From positions 32,279 to 96,278 of the forward strand of contig JBEPZX010000004.1 in the NCBI GenBank assembly GCA_041640635.1: a DNA stretch of 64,000 bases, given 5' to 3'. Position numbers and translations under genes: made by a program. Numbering within the stretch: the first letter of the stretch is position 1; each line of letters starts with the position of its first letter. The DNA comes from Aquificaceae bacterium. Its GTDB lineage: Bacteria > Aquificota > Aquificia > Aquificales > Aquificaceae. Shown here piece after piece: positions 17,946 through 28,134 of the stretch. The notes below the pieces were generated by a model that searched no databases, was not told the DNA's origin, and saw only the letters and a list, made by a program, of their open reading frames with translations.

Positions 17946-19703
17946 ATGCCTTGGATAAACAAAGCAAGTATAGAGAGGGTTCTGAGCGTTTTTAGGCAAG
18001 CAAAGGTAAACGAAACTCCCAAAAGTGTAAGCTTTGAAGTTCCCAATTCTGAAATCATTTCCTTTCTGGAATATCTGAAGACAAAAGAAGGTTTCAAACA
18101 TTTTATAGACCATACGTGTATAGATTTTCCTCAATCAAAGGACAGGTTTCAAGCTGTATACATACTTTACAATCCAGATACAAACGAAAGAGTCATAATT
18201 AAATCTTGGGCAAAAGACAACAAACTTCCTAGCTTGATAAAGCTTTGGGAATGCAGTAAATGGGCAGAAAGAGAAAGCTACGATATGTTTGGTGTGGACT
18301 ACGAAGGGCATGAAAATCTAAGAAGAATGTTCATGTGGGAAGGTTACCCTTACCATCCATTGAGGAAAGACTTTCCTTTAGGTGGCTTTCCAGAAGTAGA
18401 ATTGCCATCTCTGACAGAGGTAATGTCGGGAAGAACTACACCACCAAGCCATGACTACGAAATACTCCATACAAAAGTAGCTACCTTGGAAGACATAGAA
18501 AGGACGGAAAAATCGAGGCTTAAGAAAAAAGCGCAGCTTGTTCTCAACTGGGGTCCATTGCATCCTGGAACTCATGGTACCATTTGGTTTCTTTTTGACT
18601 TGGATGGGGAGAAAGTAGTTCAAAGTGATGTAATTCTTGGACAACTTCATAGAGGAATGGAAAAGATCGCCGAAAATGTTTACTACTTCCAGTTTTTACC
18701 ATACACAGATAGAATGGATTATATATCCGCCATATGCAACGAATTAGCTTACGTTACAGCTGTAGAGAAGCTTCTGGACGTAGATGTACCAGAAAAAGCT
18801 AGATACATAAGAACCATGTTTGCAGAACTACAAAGGATAAACTCTCACTTACTTTGGCTTGGTACAGGTGCACTGGATTTAGGGGCTTTGACCGTATTCT
18901 TGTACGCTTTTAGAGAAAGAGAAAAGATAATGGACATAATAGAAGGAAATGCAGGTTTTAGGCTTACTACAGCTTTCTTACGTATAGGCGGGCTGCATTA
19001 CGATTTAGCTGAAGGTACCTTGGACGTAGTAAAGGCTTTTGTTCAGGACTTTCCAAACAGATTAAAGGAGTACCACCAACTTCTCACAAGAAATAGAATA
19101 TGGTTAAGAAGGACCAAGGAAGTTGGAATAATTTCCAGAGAGGATGTCTTCAATTATGGACTTACAGGTCCAGTAGCCCGTGCATCTGGTGTTCCCTACG
19201 ATATAAGAAAGGTAGAACCTTACGCAGCTTATGATGAGGTAGATTTTGATATTCCGGTAGGCGAAGTAGGTGACGTCTACGATAGATACCTAGTAAGAAT
19301 GGAAGAGATGGTGCAAAGCATTAGGATAATAGAGCAGTGTGTTGCCAAATTAGAAAAATTGCCCAAATCGGCACCTTACATAAATAAACAGCACCCAGCT
19401 GTTATGGCTCCAAAAGAAGACGTATTCAATGATCTTGAAGATATGGTTAAAAACTTTCGCATCGTGGTACATGGAGAAAGCGCTCCACCTGGTGAAGTGT
19501 ATGCAAGTGGTGAGAACCCAAGAGGTGAATTGGGTTTTTATATATACTCAACAGGTGGTTCAAGACCTCACAGATTACGTATCAGATCTGGAGCCCTCTA
19601 CAACCTTTCCATATTTCCTAAACTCATAGAAGGTAGAACCATAGCAGATGCAATAGCTTTGCTTGGAAGTTTAGATCCTGTAGTTGGAGAAACGGACAGA
19701 TAG
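17946..19703 (+). CDS. nuoCD: NADH:quinone oxidoreductase fused subunit C/D
   Basis: WAERESYDMFG and HPLRKDFPL (NuoC); NWGPLHPGTHG, LHRGMEK, GETDR (NuoD). Confidence 0.95.
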   Translation: MPWINKASIERVLSVFRQAKVNETPKSVSFEVPNSEIISFLEYLKTKEGFKHFIDHTCIDFPQSKDRFQAVYILYNPDTNERVIIKSWAKDNKLPSLIKLWECSKWAERESYDMFGVDYEGHENLRRMFMWEGYPYHPLRKDFPLGGFPEVELPSLTEVMSGRTTPPSHDYEILHTKVATLEDIERTEKSRLKKKAQLVLNWGPLHPGTHGTIWFLFDLDGEKVVQSDVILGQLHRGMEKIAENVYYFQFLPYTDRMDYISAICNELAYVTAVEKLLDVDVPEKARYIRTMFAELQRINSHLLWLGTGALDLGALTVFLYAFREREKIMDIIEGNAGFRLTTAFLRIGGLHYDLAEGTLDVVKAFVQDFPNRLKEYHQLLTRNRIWLRRTKEVGIISREDVFNYGLTGPVARASGVPYDIRKVEPYAAYDEVDFDIPVGEVGDVYDRYLVRMEEMVQSIRIIEQCVAKLEKLPKSAPYINKQHPAVMAPKEDVFNDLEDMVKNFRIVVHGESAPPGEVYASGENPRGELGFYIYSTGGSRPHRLRIRSGALYNLSIFPKLIEGRTIADAIALLGSLDPVVGETDR

Positions 19704-19712
19704 GAGGGATAG

Positions 19713-20717
19713 ATGCTTTTGGATATCTTCATCACTATCGTAAAAGTGGTTATCACTTTAGGTGTCTTCTTAGGTTTAGGTGCCTATCTTACATGGTTTG
19801 AAAGAAAGTTAGCAGGTCACATACAAGCAAGAATGGGTCCAAAATTGGTTGGACCTTTTGGTTTATTGCAACCTTTAGCAGATGGTGTAAAACTCCTCAC
19901 AAAAGAATCTGTAATTCCAAACAACGCAGATAAGGTAGTATATTACCTGGCTGTAATCTTGGCACTTACACCAGCGATACTACTATTTGCAGTGATTCCC
20001 TTCGGTCCTTCTTTTGAGATCTTTGGAAAAGAAATAAAACCTATTATTGCAGATGTAAACATAGCCTTGCTTTTTGTGTTTGCTATGGGATCTCTAGCTG
20101 TTTATGGGACTATATTTTCAGGCTGGGCATCCAACTCCAAATACGCTTTTATAGGTTCCTTGAGAAAAGCAGCTGTCATTATAGCCTATGAAGTAGTACT
20201 TGGTTTTTCTGTGCTTGGCGTGATTCTTCTTTCTGGAACCATGAGCACCACAGGCATAGTAGAAGCGCAAATACAAAGAGGAGTATGGAACATAGTTCTT
20301 CAACCCGTAGCTTTCATACTTTTTCTTTTCTGTATGTTAGCTGAGTCAGGAAGAGTTCCCTTTGATATCCAAGAAGCAGAAGCGGAGCTTGTAACCGGAT
20401 ACAACGTAGAGTATGGTGGAATGCGCTTCGGCGTCTTCCCCCTTGCTGAGTGGTATCTAAACGTAATGGCTCTTTCTGCAATAGCTGTGGTTCTATTCTT
20501 TGGTGGTTGGTCTGGTCCCAACATACTTGGTCCTTTGTCTCCATACTTTTGGTTTGTTTTTAAGATGTTTGCCTTAGTTTTCTTTGTTCTCTGGTTGCAT
20601 TGGACACTCCCAAGATTTCAAGCAAAGGACATAACAGAAATAGCCTGGAAAATTATGCTACCTATAGCTATAATCAATACGGTTGTTACCTCTGTGGTTT
20701 ACTACTTTGTTGCTTAA
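19713..20717 (+). CDS. nuoH: NADH:quinone oxidoreductase subunit H
   Basis: ERKLAGHIQARMGP, LQPLADGVKL, RVPFDIQEAEAELVTG. Confidence 0.96.
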   Translation: MLLDIFITIVKVVITLGVFLGLGAYLTWFERKLAGHIQARMGPKLVGPFGLLQPLADGVKLLTKESVIPNNADKVVYYLAVILALTPAILLFAVIPFGPSFEIFGKEIKPIIADVNIALLFVFAMGSLAVYGTIFSGWASNSKYAFIGSLRKAAVIIAYEVVLGFSVLGVILLSGTMSTTGIVEAQIQRGVWNIVLQPVAFILFLFCMLAESGRVPFDIQEAEAELVTGYNVEYGGMRFGVFPLAEWYLNVMALSAIAVVLFFGGWSGPNILGPLSPYFWFVFKMFALVFFVLWLHWTLPRFQAKDITEIAWKIMLPIAIINTVVTSVVYYFVA

Positions 20718-20820
20718 CAGACTCTGTAAATTTCAGTATATATTACCGATTTTATTAAAGGCATGTTACCTTTTCGTTTAAAAAAGCTTGAGGACATCTT
20801 ACACAAATTACTCTTAATAA

Positions 20821-21810
20821 CTACCCCTTCGCTAATTTCTCTAATTCTGAGATCTTATCTTGTTCCCCTATAACTATTAGGATGTCACCCTCTTTAATAA
20901 CGGTATCAGGTTTAGGATTGAATTTTATTTTACCATCTGACCTTTTTATTCCCATAACAATCACTCCCTTAATACCGCTCTGAGCTATAGTTTTATTCAC
21001 TAAGTCTGACATTGCATATACTCTAACTTCTTCCATCTGGATATCTGAGTATTCTGAATGCGTAGCAAACTCAAGGAATTCAACAACCGTAGGTCTCAAA
21101 ATAAGATGGGCTATTCTTAATCCACCGATAAGGTATGGTGACACAACGCGATCTGCTCCCGCTCTTTTTAGTTTTCTCTCATTGGCTTTATCTATGGCTC
21201 TTGAGACTATAAATAAGTTTGGATTTAAATCACGAGCTGTTAGTACAACATATAGATTTTCAGCTTCTGAAGATAAAACGGATATTAAACCCTTTGCCTT
21301 TTCTATACCAGCCAACTTGAGCATTTCATCTTTTGTGGCGTCTCCTATTATGTAATAAATATCTTCGTCCTCTGGAATAACGCTTTTGTCCTTTTCTATA
21401 ATAACAGTAGGAATGTTGTTTGATTTCAGTTCCTTAAAAATAATACTTCCCATTCTACCAAAACCGCATATAATATAATGATCCCTTAATTGCTCAATTT
21501 TTTTCTTCATTTTCCTCTCTCTGAATAGCTCTTTAATCTCTCCCTCAATTATAATTCTTATTCCTTCCGTTATGGAGTATGTAAATACACCAAAACCAGC
21601 AAATATAAGGAAAATTGTAAAAATCTTACCTTCTTGATCTAAGTCTTTTACTTCCTTATATCCGACTGTCGCCAATGTAATTACGGTCATATAAAGAGCA
21701 TCTAAGAATTTCATACCTTCGATAGTAATGTAGCCAAAAGTTCCAAAGGATATAACTAATATTAGCAAAGCTAGCAAAAATACTAAACGCTTCGCTAGGT
21801 TTTTGTTCAT
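20821..21810 (-). CDS. 2-TM ion channel with RCK (TrkA-N/TrkA-C) domains, MthK/Kch-like
   Basis: DALYMTVITLATVGY pore helix; ICGFGRMG; GDAT; RAGADRVVSP; C-terminal TrkA-C. Confidence 0.88.
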   Translation of the reverse strand: MNKNLAKRLVFLLALLILVISFGTFGYITIEGMKFLDALYMTVITLATVGYKEVKDLDQEGKIFTIFLIFAGFGVFTYSITEGIRIIIEGEIKELFRERKMKKKIEQLRDHYIICGFGRMGSIIFKELKSNNIPTVIIEKDKSVIPEDEDIYYIIGDATKDEMLKLAGIEKAKGLISVLSSEAENLYVVLTARDLNPNLFIVSRAIDKANERKLKRAGADRVVSPYLIGGLRIAHLILRPTVVEFLEFATHSEYSDIQMEEVRVYAMSDLVNKTIAQSGIKGVIVMGIKRSDGKIKFNPKPDTVIKEGDILIVIGEQDKISELEKLAKG

Positions 21811-21836
21811 ATATCAAAAAAATTATAATAAGATTT

Positions 21837-23942
21837 ATGAAAGAAAATATTGAGGAAATACCAATAGAAAATACAGAGTCAAGGATTATTCATCTTTTAA
21901 AAAAAAGCAAGTCAGGTCTTGGTTTTAATCAAATATGCAAAAGGCTTAATATTGACAAATCTGAAAGGAAACAACTAAAAAAAACTCTAAAAAAGCTCAA
22001 AAAAGAAGGAATTCTTAGAATAGAAAGAGGAAAGTACACACTGGAAAAAGAGGAAACCGTTGTAGGTTCAGTTTTAGCTTACCCTGCAGGCTTTGGCTTC
22101 TTACACATAGGTGAGAATGAAAAGGATATATATATACCACCTTTTGAAATGCTAAGATTATTTTCTAATGATAAAGTAGAGGCAAAGATTGTAGAGTACA
22201 AAGGCAAAAAAGAAGTAAGAATATTGAAAGTTTTAGAGCGGGCAAAAAAGGAAGTTGTTTGTAAGGTGCAAAAAAATAAAAAGTGTTACGGCATTCCCAT
22301 AGATGAAAATTCACATCAAAAGATAGTTTTAGATCCATCAGTGTGTGAAACTCTAAAAAATGGTACTTTGGTAGTTATACAGATAGAAAAGTACCCTACC
22401 AAAAAATCCCCCGCTCATGGATCTGTTAAGAAGGTGTTGGGACATCCTAAAGAAAAGTTGATGATCATAGATGCTTTGATTTACAAATACAATCTACCTA
22501 CCGAGTATCCAAAGGATGCACTTAAAGAATTAGAATACATAAAGCTTGACATAGAGGAAGAAGCAAAAAGAAGACAAGACCTTAGACATCAACTATGTTT
22601 TACCATAGATCCAGAAAAAGCGAGAGACTTTGATGATGCAGTGGCTATTGAAAAACTTAGTGATGGTAGCTATAGACTTTGGGTTCACATAGCTGATGTC
22701 TCTTATTTTGTAAAAGAAGGGAGCAAAATAGACCAAGAAGCCTTTAAAAGAGGTTTTACTTTCTACCTTCCAGACAGAGCTATTCATATGCTACCAGAAA
22801 AGCTTTCAGCAGATCTGTGTAGTTTAAAACCTGGAGAGGATAGGCTAACCTTCACATGTGAAATGTTTTTTGACCAAAAAGGTAATCTCTTAGACTATAA
22901 AATCTACGAAAGCGTTATAAAGAGCAAAGCAAGACTCACTTATAACGAAGCTTTAAATCTCATAGTTGGCGATCCTGCATTAGAAAGAAAGTATCCCCAT
23001 CTCGTAAAATCACTAAGACATATGGAAGATCTATATAGAATACTATCCAAAAGACGATGGGATATGGGAAGTATAGACTTCGACTTGCCAGAAACAGAGT
23101 TGGTAATTGATGAATATGGAGAACCTGTGGCTGTAAAACCTTACGAAAGGCATATAGCTCATAAAATAATAGAGCAGTTCATGGTGCATGCCAATGAAAC
23201 GGTTGCTATGTACTTAGAAAGCAAAGGATACCCTTGCATTTACAGAGTGCATGAACCACCAGATATGGAAAGAGTAGAAAAACTCGTAGAAATATTATCA
23301 GGACTTGGATACAAAGTTAAGAATATTTCCTTAGAACCTAGGTTCTTTCAAAAGATAATAGAGGATTTTGAAGGAAGGGAAGAAGAAAATTTGGTTAGGT
23401 TTTTGACATTGAGAGCTATGAAAAGAGCTGTATACTCTCCACACAATTTGGGACATTTTGGCTTGGCTTCTCAGCATTATGCTCATTTCACATCGCCAAT
23501 AAGGCGCTATCCTGACATAATAGTTCACAGACTACTGAAAAAAGCCTTAAAAGATGAAGAAATAAAATACGATAGAGTATTGTCTTACTTGGACATGGCT
23601 GGTCAACATCTTTCTAAACAAGAACGCTTAGCAGAAGAAGTAGAAAGAGAAGCAATAGATCTATTAAAAGTTCGGTTTATGAGGTCTTTTTTAGGCGAAG
23701 ATTTTGAAGGAATAATAACTGGAGTTATGCCTTACGGGTTTTTTGTAGAGATAAAAGAGTATCTTGTTGAAGGTCTGGTAAACATAACGCTTTTAAAAGA
23801 TGATGACTACGTATACGACGAATCTTTTCATAGAATTGTAGGGATAACAACGGGAAAAGTTTATAGACTTGGAGACATGGTAAGGGTAAAGATAATAAAA
23901 GTTGATGAAGATAGAGGAAGGTTAGATTTGGATCTAGTTTAA
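21837..23942 (+). CDS. rnr: ribonuclease R
   Basis: FTIDPEKARDFDDA, HIADVS, HFGL, HFTSPIRRYPD; C-terminal S1 domain. Confidence 0.95.
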   Translation: MKENIEEIPIENTESRIIHLLKKSKSGLGFNQICKRLNIDKSERKQLKKTLKKLKKEGILRIERGKYTLEKEETVVGSVLAYPAGFGFLHIGENEKDIYIPPFEMLRLFSNDKVEAKIVEYKGKKEVRILKVLERAKKEVVCKVQKNKKCYGIPIDENSHQKIVLDPSVCETLKNGTLVVIQIEKYPTKKSPAHGSVKKVLGHPKEKLMIIDALIYKYNLPTEYPKDALKELEYIKLDIEEEAKRRQDLRHQLCFTIDPEKARDFDDAVAIEKLSDGSYRLWVHIADVSYFVKEGSKIDQEAFKRGFTFYLPDRAIHMLPEKLSADLCSLKPGEDRLTFTCEMFFDQKGNLLDYKIYESVIKSKARLTYNEALNLIVGDPALERKYPHLVKSLRHMEDLYRILSKRRWDMGSIDFDLPETELVIDEYGEPVAVKPYERHIAHKIIEQFMVHANETVAMYLESKGYPCIYRVHEPPDMERVEKLVEILSGLGYKVKNISLEPRFFQKIIEDFEGREEENLVRFLTLRAMKRAVYSPHNLGHFGLASQHYAHFTSPIRRYPDIIVHRLLKKALKDEEIKYDRVLSYLDMAGQHLSKQERLAEEVEREAIDLLKVRFMRSFLGEDFEGIITGVMPYGFFVEIKEYLVEGLVNITLLKDDDYVYDESFHRIVGITTGKVYRLGDMVRVKIIKVDEDRGRLDLDLV

Positions 23943-23965
23943 ATAAAACTTTAGTGGAGGAGAAC

Positions 23966-25270
23966 ATGAAAATTACAGTTGTTGGTGGTGGCTATGTAGG
24001 CATCACTACTGCCGTATGCTTTGCCCATCTTGGTAACCAAGTTATGGTGGTAGAAAAGATTGAAGAAAAAGTAGATATGTTGAGAAAAGGTATACCTCCC
24101 ATTTATGAGCCAGGTTTGGAAGAGCTCCTCAAAGATAACTTAGAAAAGGGCAAAATAAGTTTTACAATGGATTTAAGTGAAGGTATCTCTTTCTCTGATG
24201 TAATATTTATATGCGTAGGTACACCTCAAAATCCCGACGGCTCTGCCGATCTTTCGCAAGTAGAAGAGGTCGCAAGAGAAACAGCAAAAGTCATGAATTC
24301 TTATAAGCTACTCATAGAAAAATCCACTGTACCGGTGAACACCCATAAACTTATAAAGAGAACAGTCAATAGGTATTTAAAAAACAACATAGACTTCGAT
24401 GTAGCATCAAATCCAGAATTTCTAAGGGAAGGAAGCGCTATAAAGGATTTTTTAGAGCCAGATAGAATAGTAATAGGTATAGAAAGCGATAGAGCCAAAG
24501 AAGTATTCTTGGAGCTATACAAGGACTTTCAATGCCCCATCATCTTTACAGATCCTGCTACTGCAGAAATCATAAAACATGCATCCAACACTTTTTTGGC
24601 AATGAAAATTTCCTTCATAAACATGGTTGCAGATCTTTGTGAAAAAACAGGTGCTAATGTAAGAGTAGTAGCCCAAGGGATGGGATACGACAAAAGGATA
24701 GGGAGAGAATTTTTAAATGCTGGTATTGGTTGGGGAGGAAGCTGTTTTCCAAAAGATGTGAAAGCATTCTATAGAATAGGATTAGATTACGGCGTTGATT
24801 TCTCTTTGGTGAAAGAGGTAGAAAAAATAAATGAAAGACGCATAGATCATTTTATCGACATGATTAAAAACGTTATATGGAGTGTTAAAGGGAAGACTTT
24901 AGCTGTGTGGGGATTAGCTTTTAAACCTAACACTGACGATATCAGAGAAGCTCCGTCTATAAAAATAATATCTAGACTACTAAAAGAAGGCGCATACATA
25001 AAGGCTTATGATCCAAAAGCTATGGAAAACTTTAAAAAATTGTTTCCACAAGGCAAGGACTTAATATACGTCAATGATCCTTATGAAGCTTTAAGAGGCT
25101 CGCAGGCTCTTCTTATACTTACTGAATGGGATGAGTTTAAAAAAGCTAACTTATTAAAAATAAAGGAGAATCTTGAACTTCCAATTGTAATAGACGGTAG
25201 GAATGTATTTGATATACAAGAAATGGAATCTTTAGGTTTTGAATACTATTGCGTAGGAAAAACTTCATGA
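23966..25270 (+). CDS. ugd: UDP-glucose 6-dehydrogenase
   Basis: GGGYVG, ICVGTP, KSTVP, SNPEFLREG, GGSCFPKD, FKPNTDDIRE; ATG at 23966 after GGAGGA. Confidence 0.92.
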   Translation: MKITVVGGGYVGITTAVCFAHLGNQVMVVEKIEEKVDMLRKGIPPIYEPGLEELLKDNLEKGKISFTMDLSEGISFSDVIFICVGTPQNPDGSADLSQVEEVARETAKVMNSYKLLIEKSTVPVNTHKLIKRTVNRYLKNNIDFDVASNPEFLREGSAIKDFLEPDRIVIGIESDRAKEVFLELYKDFQCPIIFTDPATAEIIKHASNTFLAMKISFINMVADLCEKTGANVRVVAQGMGYDKRIGREFLNAGIGWGGSCFPKDVKAFYRIGLDYGVDFSLVKEVEKINERRIDHFIDMIKNVIWSVKGKTLAVWGLAFKPNTDDIREAPSIKIISRLLKEGAYIKAYDPKAMENFKKLFPQGKDLIYVNDPYEALRGSQALLILTEWDEFKKANLLKIKENLELPIVIDGRNVFDIQEMESLGFEYYCVGKTS

Positions 25271-25291
25271 AATAAATCATATATTTTTTTG

Positions 25292-25319
25292 TTGACATTG
25301 TTTAAGAGTTTAATAATAT
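25292..25319 (+). promoter_or_regulatory. putative sigma70 promoter of the for operon
   Basis: TTGACA-N16-TAATAT upstream of the AGGAGG SD of forD. Confidence 0.5.
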
Positions 25320-25348
25320 TTATATAAAGCCAAAACAGGAGGTTTAGT

Positions 25349-26059
25349 ATGACAAGAGTGTTACCCGGGCCATCCGGTTACATACCTACACCCGCAGCTT
25401 TCGAGGGTGTATCACTTCCACCATCTGGAAAAGCATTGCTATATGGTGAAATAGTGAACGAAGAAACAGCTATGAGAGAGGCAGCTAAAGCAATGCTTAC
25501 AAGAAAAAACCCTACTATCTTCCCTGGACCACTAGTTCTCTGGGGGTGGAATGCTCAAGCCATGGAAAAAGCAAAAGCTGTCTTAGAATTAGCTATGGAA
25601 ATTCCAAATTGCAAGATAATACCCATGCCAGATTATAGACCTAAGTATCCAAAAATAGACCCAGAAGCTGAAATAAACCCAAACCATCCAAACCTCACAA
25701 TCTTGCACAATAGAATAGAAGCATGTATTTTTGTGGGTGTACACTGTCACTATGCCAATTTGAGTCTTAGAATGATAAGAGCCGGTACTAATTGCTTCAC
25801 TATAGCTCTGTGTGCAGAGATGGGACACGAAGATGCCATGGTATCTCTAAGAGATGTACATGCAGATGAGATAAGAAAGTTTAAAGATGTTATTATACAA
25901 GTAAGAAATGAGTTGGGTATACAGTGGGAACCCAAACTTCCACCAGAAAACCCATCTCTACCCAAGGAAAACTACGAAACCTTATCTGTGTTGGATTATG
26001 GAGAATACTCATATCTTCTCATACCTAGAAGAGGTGAAACTGTAACTGAGAGTGAATAA
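25349..26059 (+). CDS. forD: 2-oxoglutarate:ferredoxin oxidoreductase For, delta subunit
   Basis: First gene of a D-A-B-G-E-F arrangement; INPNHPNL and FVGVHCHYAN typical of Aquificae five-subunit oxidoreductase delta subunits. Confidence 0.75.
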   Translation: MTRVLPGPSGYIPTPAAFEGVSLPPSGKALLYGEIVNEETAMREAAKAMLTRKNPTIFPGPLVLWGWNAQAMEKAKAVLELAMEIPNCKIIPMPDYRPKYPKIDPEAEINPNHPNLTILHNRIEACIFVGVHCHYANLSLRMIRAGTNCFTIALCAEMGHEDAMVSLRDVHADEIRKFKDVIIQVRNELGIQWEPKLPPENPSLPKENYETLSVLDYGEYSYLLIPRRGETVTESE

Positions 26060-26077
26060 CAAAAAGGAGGTAATATT

Positions 26078-27247
26078 ATGCCAGAACAAAAAGTTGTAGA
26101 TACTGATTATCTTTTACTTTCTGCACCTCGTGAAAAAAAGTTCATCACGGGTGCGCAAGCTATGGCAGAAGCAGTAAAAAGAGCTAATGTAGACGTAGCC
26201 ATAGCCTATCCTATAACTCCCCAATCCGAAGTTATGCACTTAGTAGGTGATATATGGGCTCAAGGTTATTTAAAGGATTACTATAGAGCGGAAGAAGAAT
26301 ACGGTGCCATGTCTGCTATAGCTGGTGCTGTGAGAGGTGGAGCAAGAGCCTTTTCTGCAACGTCTGGACCAGGTCTTTTAAGAGGTCTTGAGGCTATTGT
26401 TTCTTGGCCAGGACACAGGATACCGGCTGTATTAGGTGTTTTAACAAGAGTGGTAAACGCCCCACTTTCTATACAACCGGACAATGTAGAAATAGCATAC
26501 TTACTTCATTCGGGAATGGTAGTTCTACATGCAGAAAACCAACAGGACGTTTTTGACTTTACATTGGCAAGCTTTGCCATATCAGAAATGGTTGATGTAT
26601 ACATACCTATAGCTGTATGTACGGAAGGATTTTTCGTTACACACGCAAAAGGTTACGTAAATATGACACCAGAGGATATGAAACTGCCTCCGAGAGATCC
26701 TTATAAAGCTCCAGTTCCTCCAACGGACTGTGAAATACCACCAGCAAGAATACAAAGAGATGCTCCAGTTCAAAAATCCAACTTTATGAGTTACCTAATC
26801 CATGCTGTATGGCAACAGGAAATATGGGCATCCAATATAAGAGCAATGAAGTATATATACAAGTATCTTGGTGGTCCCATAGAGGTTGTTAACCCCGATG
26901 CTGAGGTATTCGTTTTGGCATCAGGTTGTGCAGCAGCTCAGGGAAGAGAAGCTGTCAGATACGCTCAGCTTGAAGGTCTAAACGTAGGACTAGTAAAGGT
27001 AAAATCTATAAGACCTTTCCCTGAAAAGGAAATAAGAGAAGTCTTAAAGAATGCCAAAGCAGTAATAATACCAGAGCACAATATAGTAGGTTGGCTTGCC
27101 AAAGAAGTAAAAGCAGCTATACCAGACAGTGATAAAGTTGTGGGTGGTCCTAGGGTTTACGGAGGTATGACTCTTCCGGTAGAACTTATAATGGAGGAGA
27201 TCTACAAAGCCTTAGGAATTAAGAAGGAAAGGAAAGTGGTTGTATAA
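26078..27247 (+). CDS. forA: 2-oxoglutarate:ferredoxin oxidoreductase For, alpha subunit
   Basis: AYPITPQSE, EEEYGAMS, ATSGPG. Confidence 0.85.
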   Translation: MPEQKVVDTDYLLLSAPREKKFITGAQAMAEAVKRANVDVAIAYPITPQSEVMHLVGDIWAQGYLKDYYRAEEEYGAMSAIAGAVRGGARAFSATSGPGLLRGLEAIVSWPGHRIPAVLGVLTRVVNAPLSIQPDNVEIAYLLHSGMVVLHAENQQDVFDFTLASFAISEMVDVYIPIAVCTEGFFVTHAKGYVNMTPEDMKLPPRDPYKAPVPPTDCEIPPARIQRDAPVQKSNFMSYLIHAVWQQEIWASNIRAMKYIYKYLGGPIEVVNPDAEVFVLASGCAAAQGREAVRYAQLEGLNVGLVKVKSIRPFPEKEIREVLKNAKAVIIPEHNIVGWLAKEVKAAIPDSDKVVGGPRVYGGMTLPVELIMEEIYKALGIKKERKVVV

Positions 27248-27267
27248 AAAATTAAGGAGGTGTTAAC

Positions 27268-28134
27268 ATGGGCTTAGAATATGTAAAAATATCACCAGGT
27301 TTTGAAAAATATATGCCAAAGGATTACGTAGATTTGGTGCAATACGGACAATTTGGAAAACAAGTTGATATACAACAACTTGGACAATTTAAAGAGCTCG
27401 TAGAAGAGCACCCAATGTGTGCAGGATGCTTTATGGCATACTTTATAAGAGTTTTTTATGCATCCTTGCCTAAACCCGAAGATACCATAGTCATAGGTAC
27501 AGCAGGTTGTGCCAGGTTGTCTCTTTCTCAAGCTGCTGTTCCTTTCATATATGGAAATTATGGTGACACAAATGCTGTAGCATCTGGCTTAAAAAGAGCT
27601 TTAAACATTAGGTTCCCTGATAGAGAAAAAGATGTGGTGGTTATAGCTGGAGATGGTGGTCTTATAGATATAGGCTTTGGAATGACTATGCATTCTTGGT
27701 TCAGAAGAGAGCGCTTTACAACCATAATGGTAGATAACGAAGTATATGGAAACACAGGTGGTCAAGAGAGTGGAATGTCTCCAAAAGGTGTACAATTAAA
27801 AATGGCACCAAAGGGAAAGCAATTTGATAAGATAAATGCTGTAGAGCTTGCTCAAACAGCAGGATGCGTTTACGTAGCAAGGATATCTCCTACCAATCCT
27901 AAGAGGATAGCTAAAACCGTAAAAAGAGCTATTCTAGCAGCAAGACACTTTGGTCCTACATTTATACACGCCTACACATCCTGTAACATAGAGTACTCAA
28001 TACCTACAGAAAAAGTTCTTGAAGATGCAAGAAAGAGGGAAAAGCAAGACTTCGCCTTTTACGAGTGGATGACGGATGAAGTTAAAGAGTACTTTGAAGA
28101 GATAGAGGGTGTAGGACAGGAGGTAAAACAATGA
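27268..28134 (+). CDS. forB: 2-oxoglutarate:ferredoxin oxidoreductase For, beta subunit (TPP-binding)
   Basis: CAGC, GTAGC, GDGG...DNEVYGNTGGQ. Confidence 0.85.
   Translation: MGLEYVKISPGFEKYMPKDYVDLVQYGQFGKQVDIQQLGQFKELVEEHPMCAGCFMAYFIRVFYASLPKPEDTIVIGTAGCARLSLSQAAVPFIYGNYGDTNAVASGLKRALNIRFPDREKDVVVIAGDGGLIDIGFGMTMHSWFRRERFTTIMVDNEVYGNTGGQESGMSPKGVQLKMAPKGKQFDKINAVELAQTAGCVYVARISPTNPKRIAKTVKRAILAARHFGPTFIHAYTSCNIEYSIPTEKVLEDARKREKQDFAFYEWMTDEVKEYFEEIEGVGQEVKQ

Noticed and set aside
21650..21680. Channel filter TVGYK instead of TVGYG
   Set aside because: Such variants are common in bacterial 2-TM RCK channels, so this is not evidence of novelty
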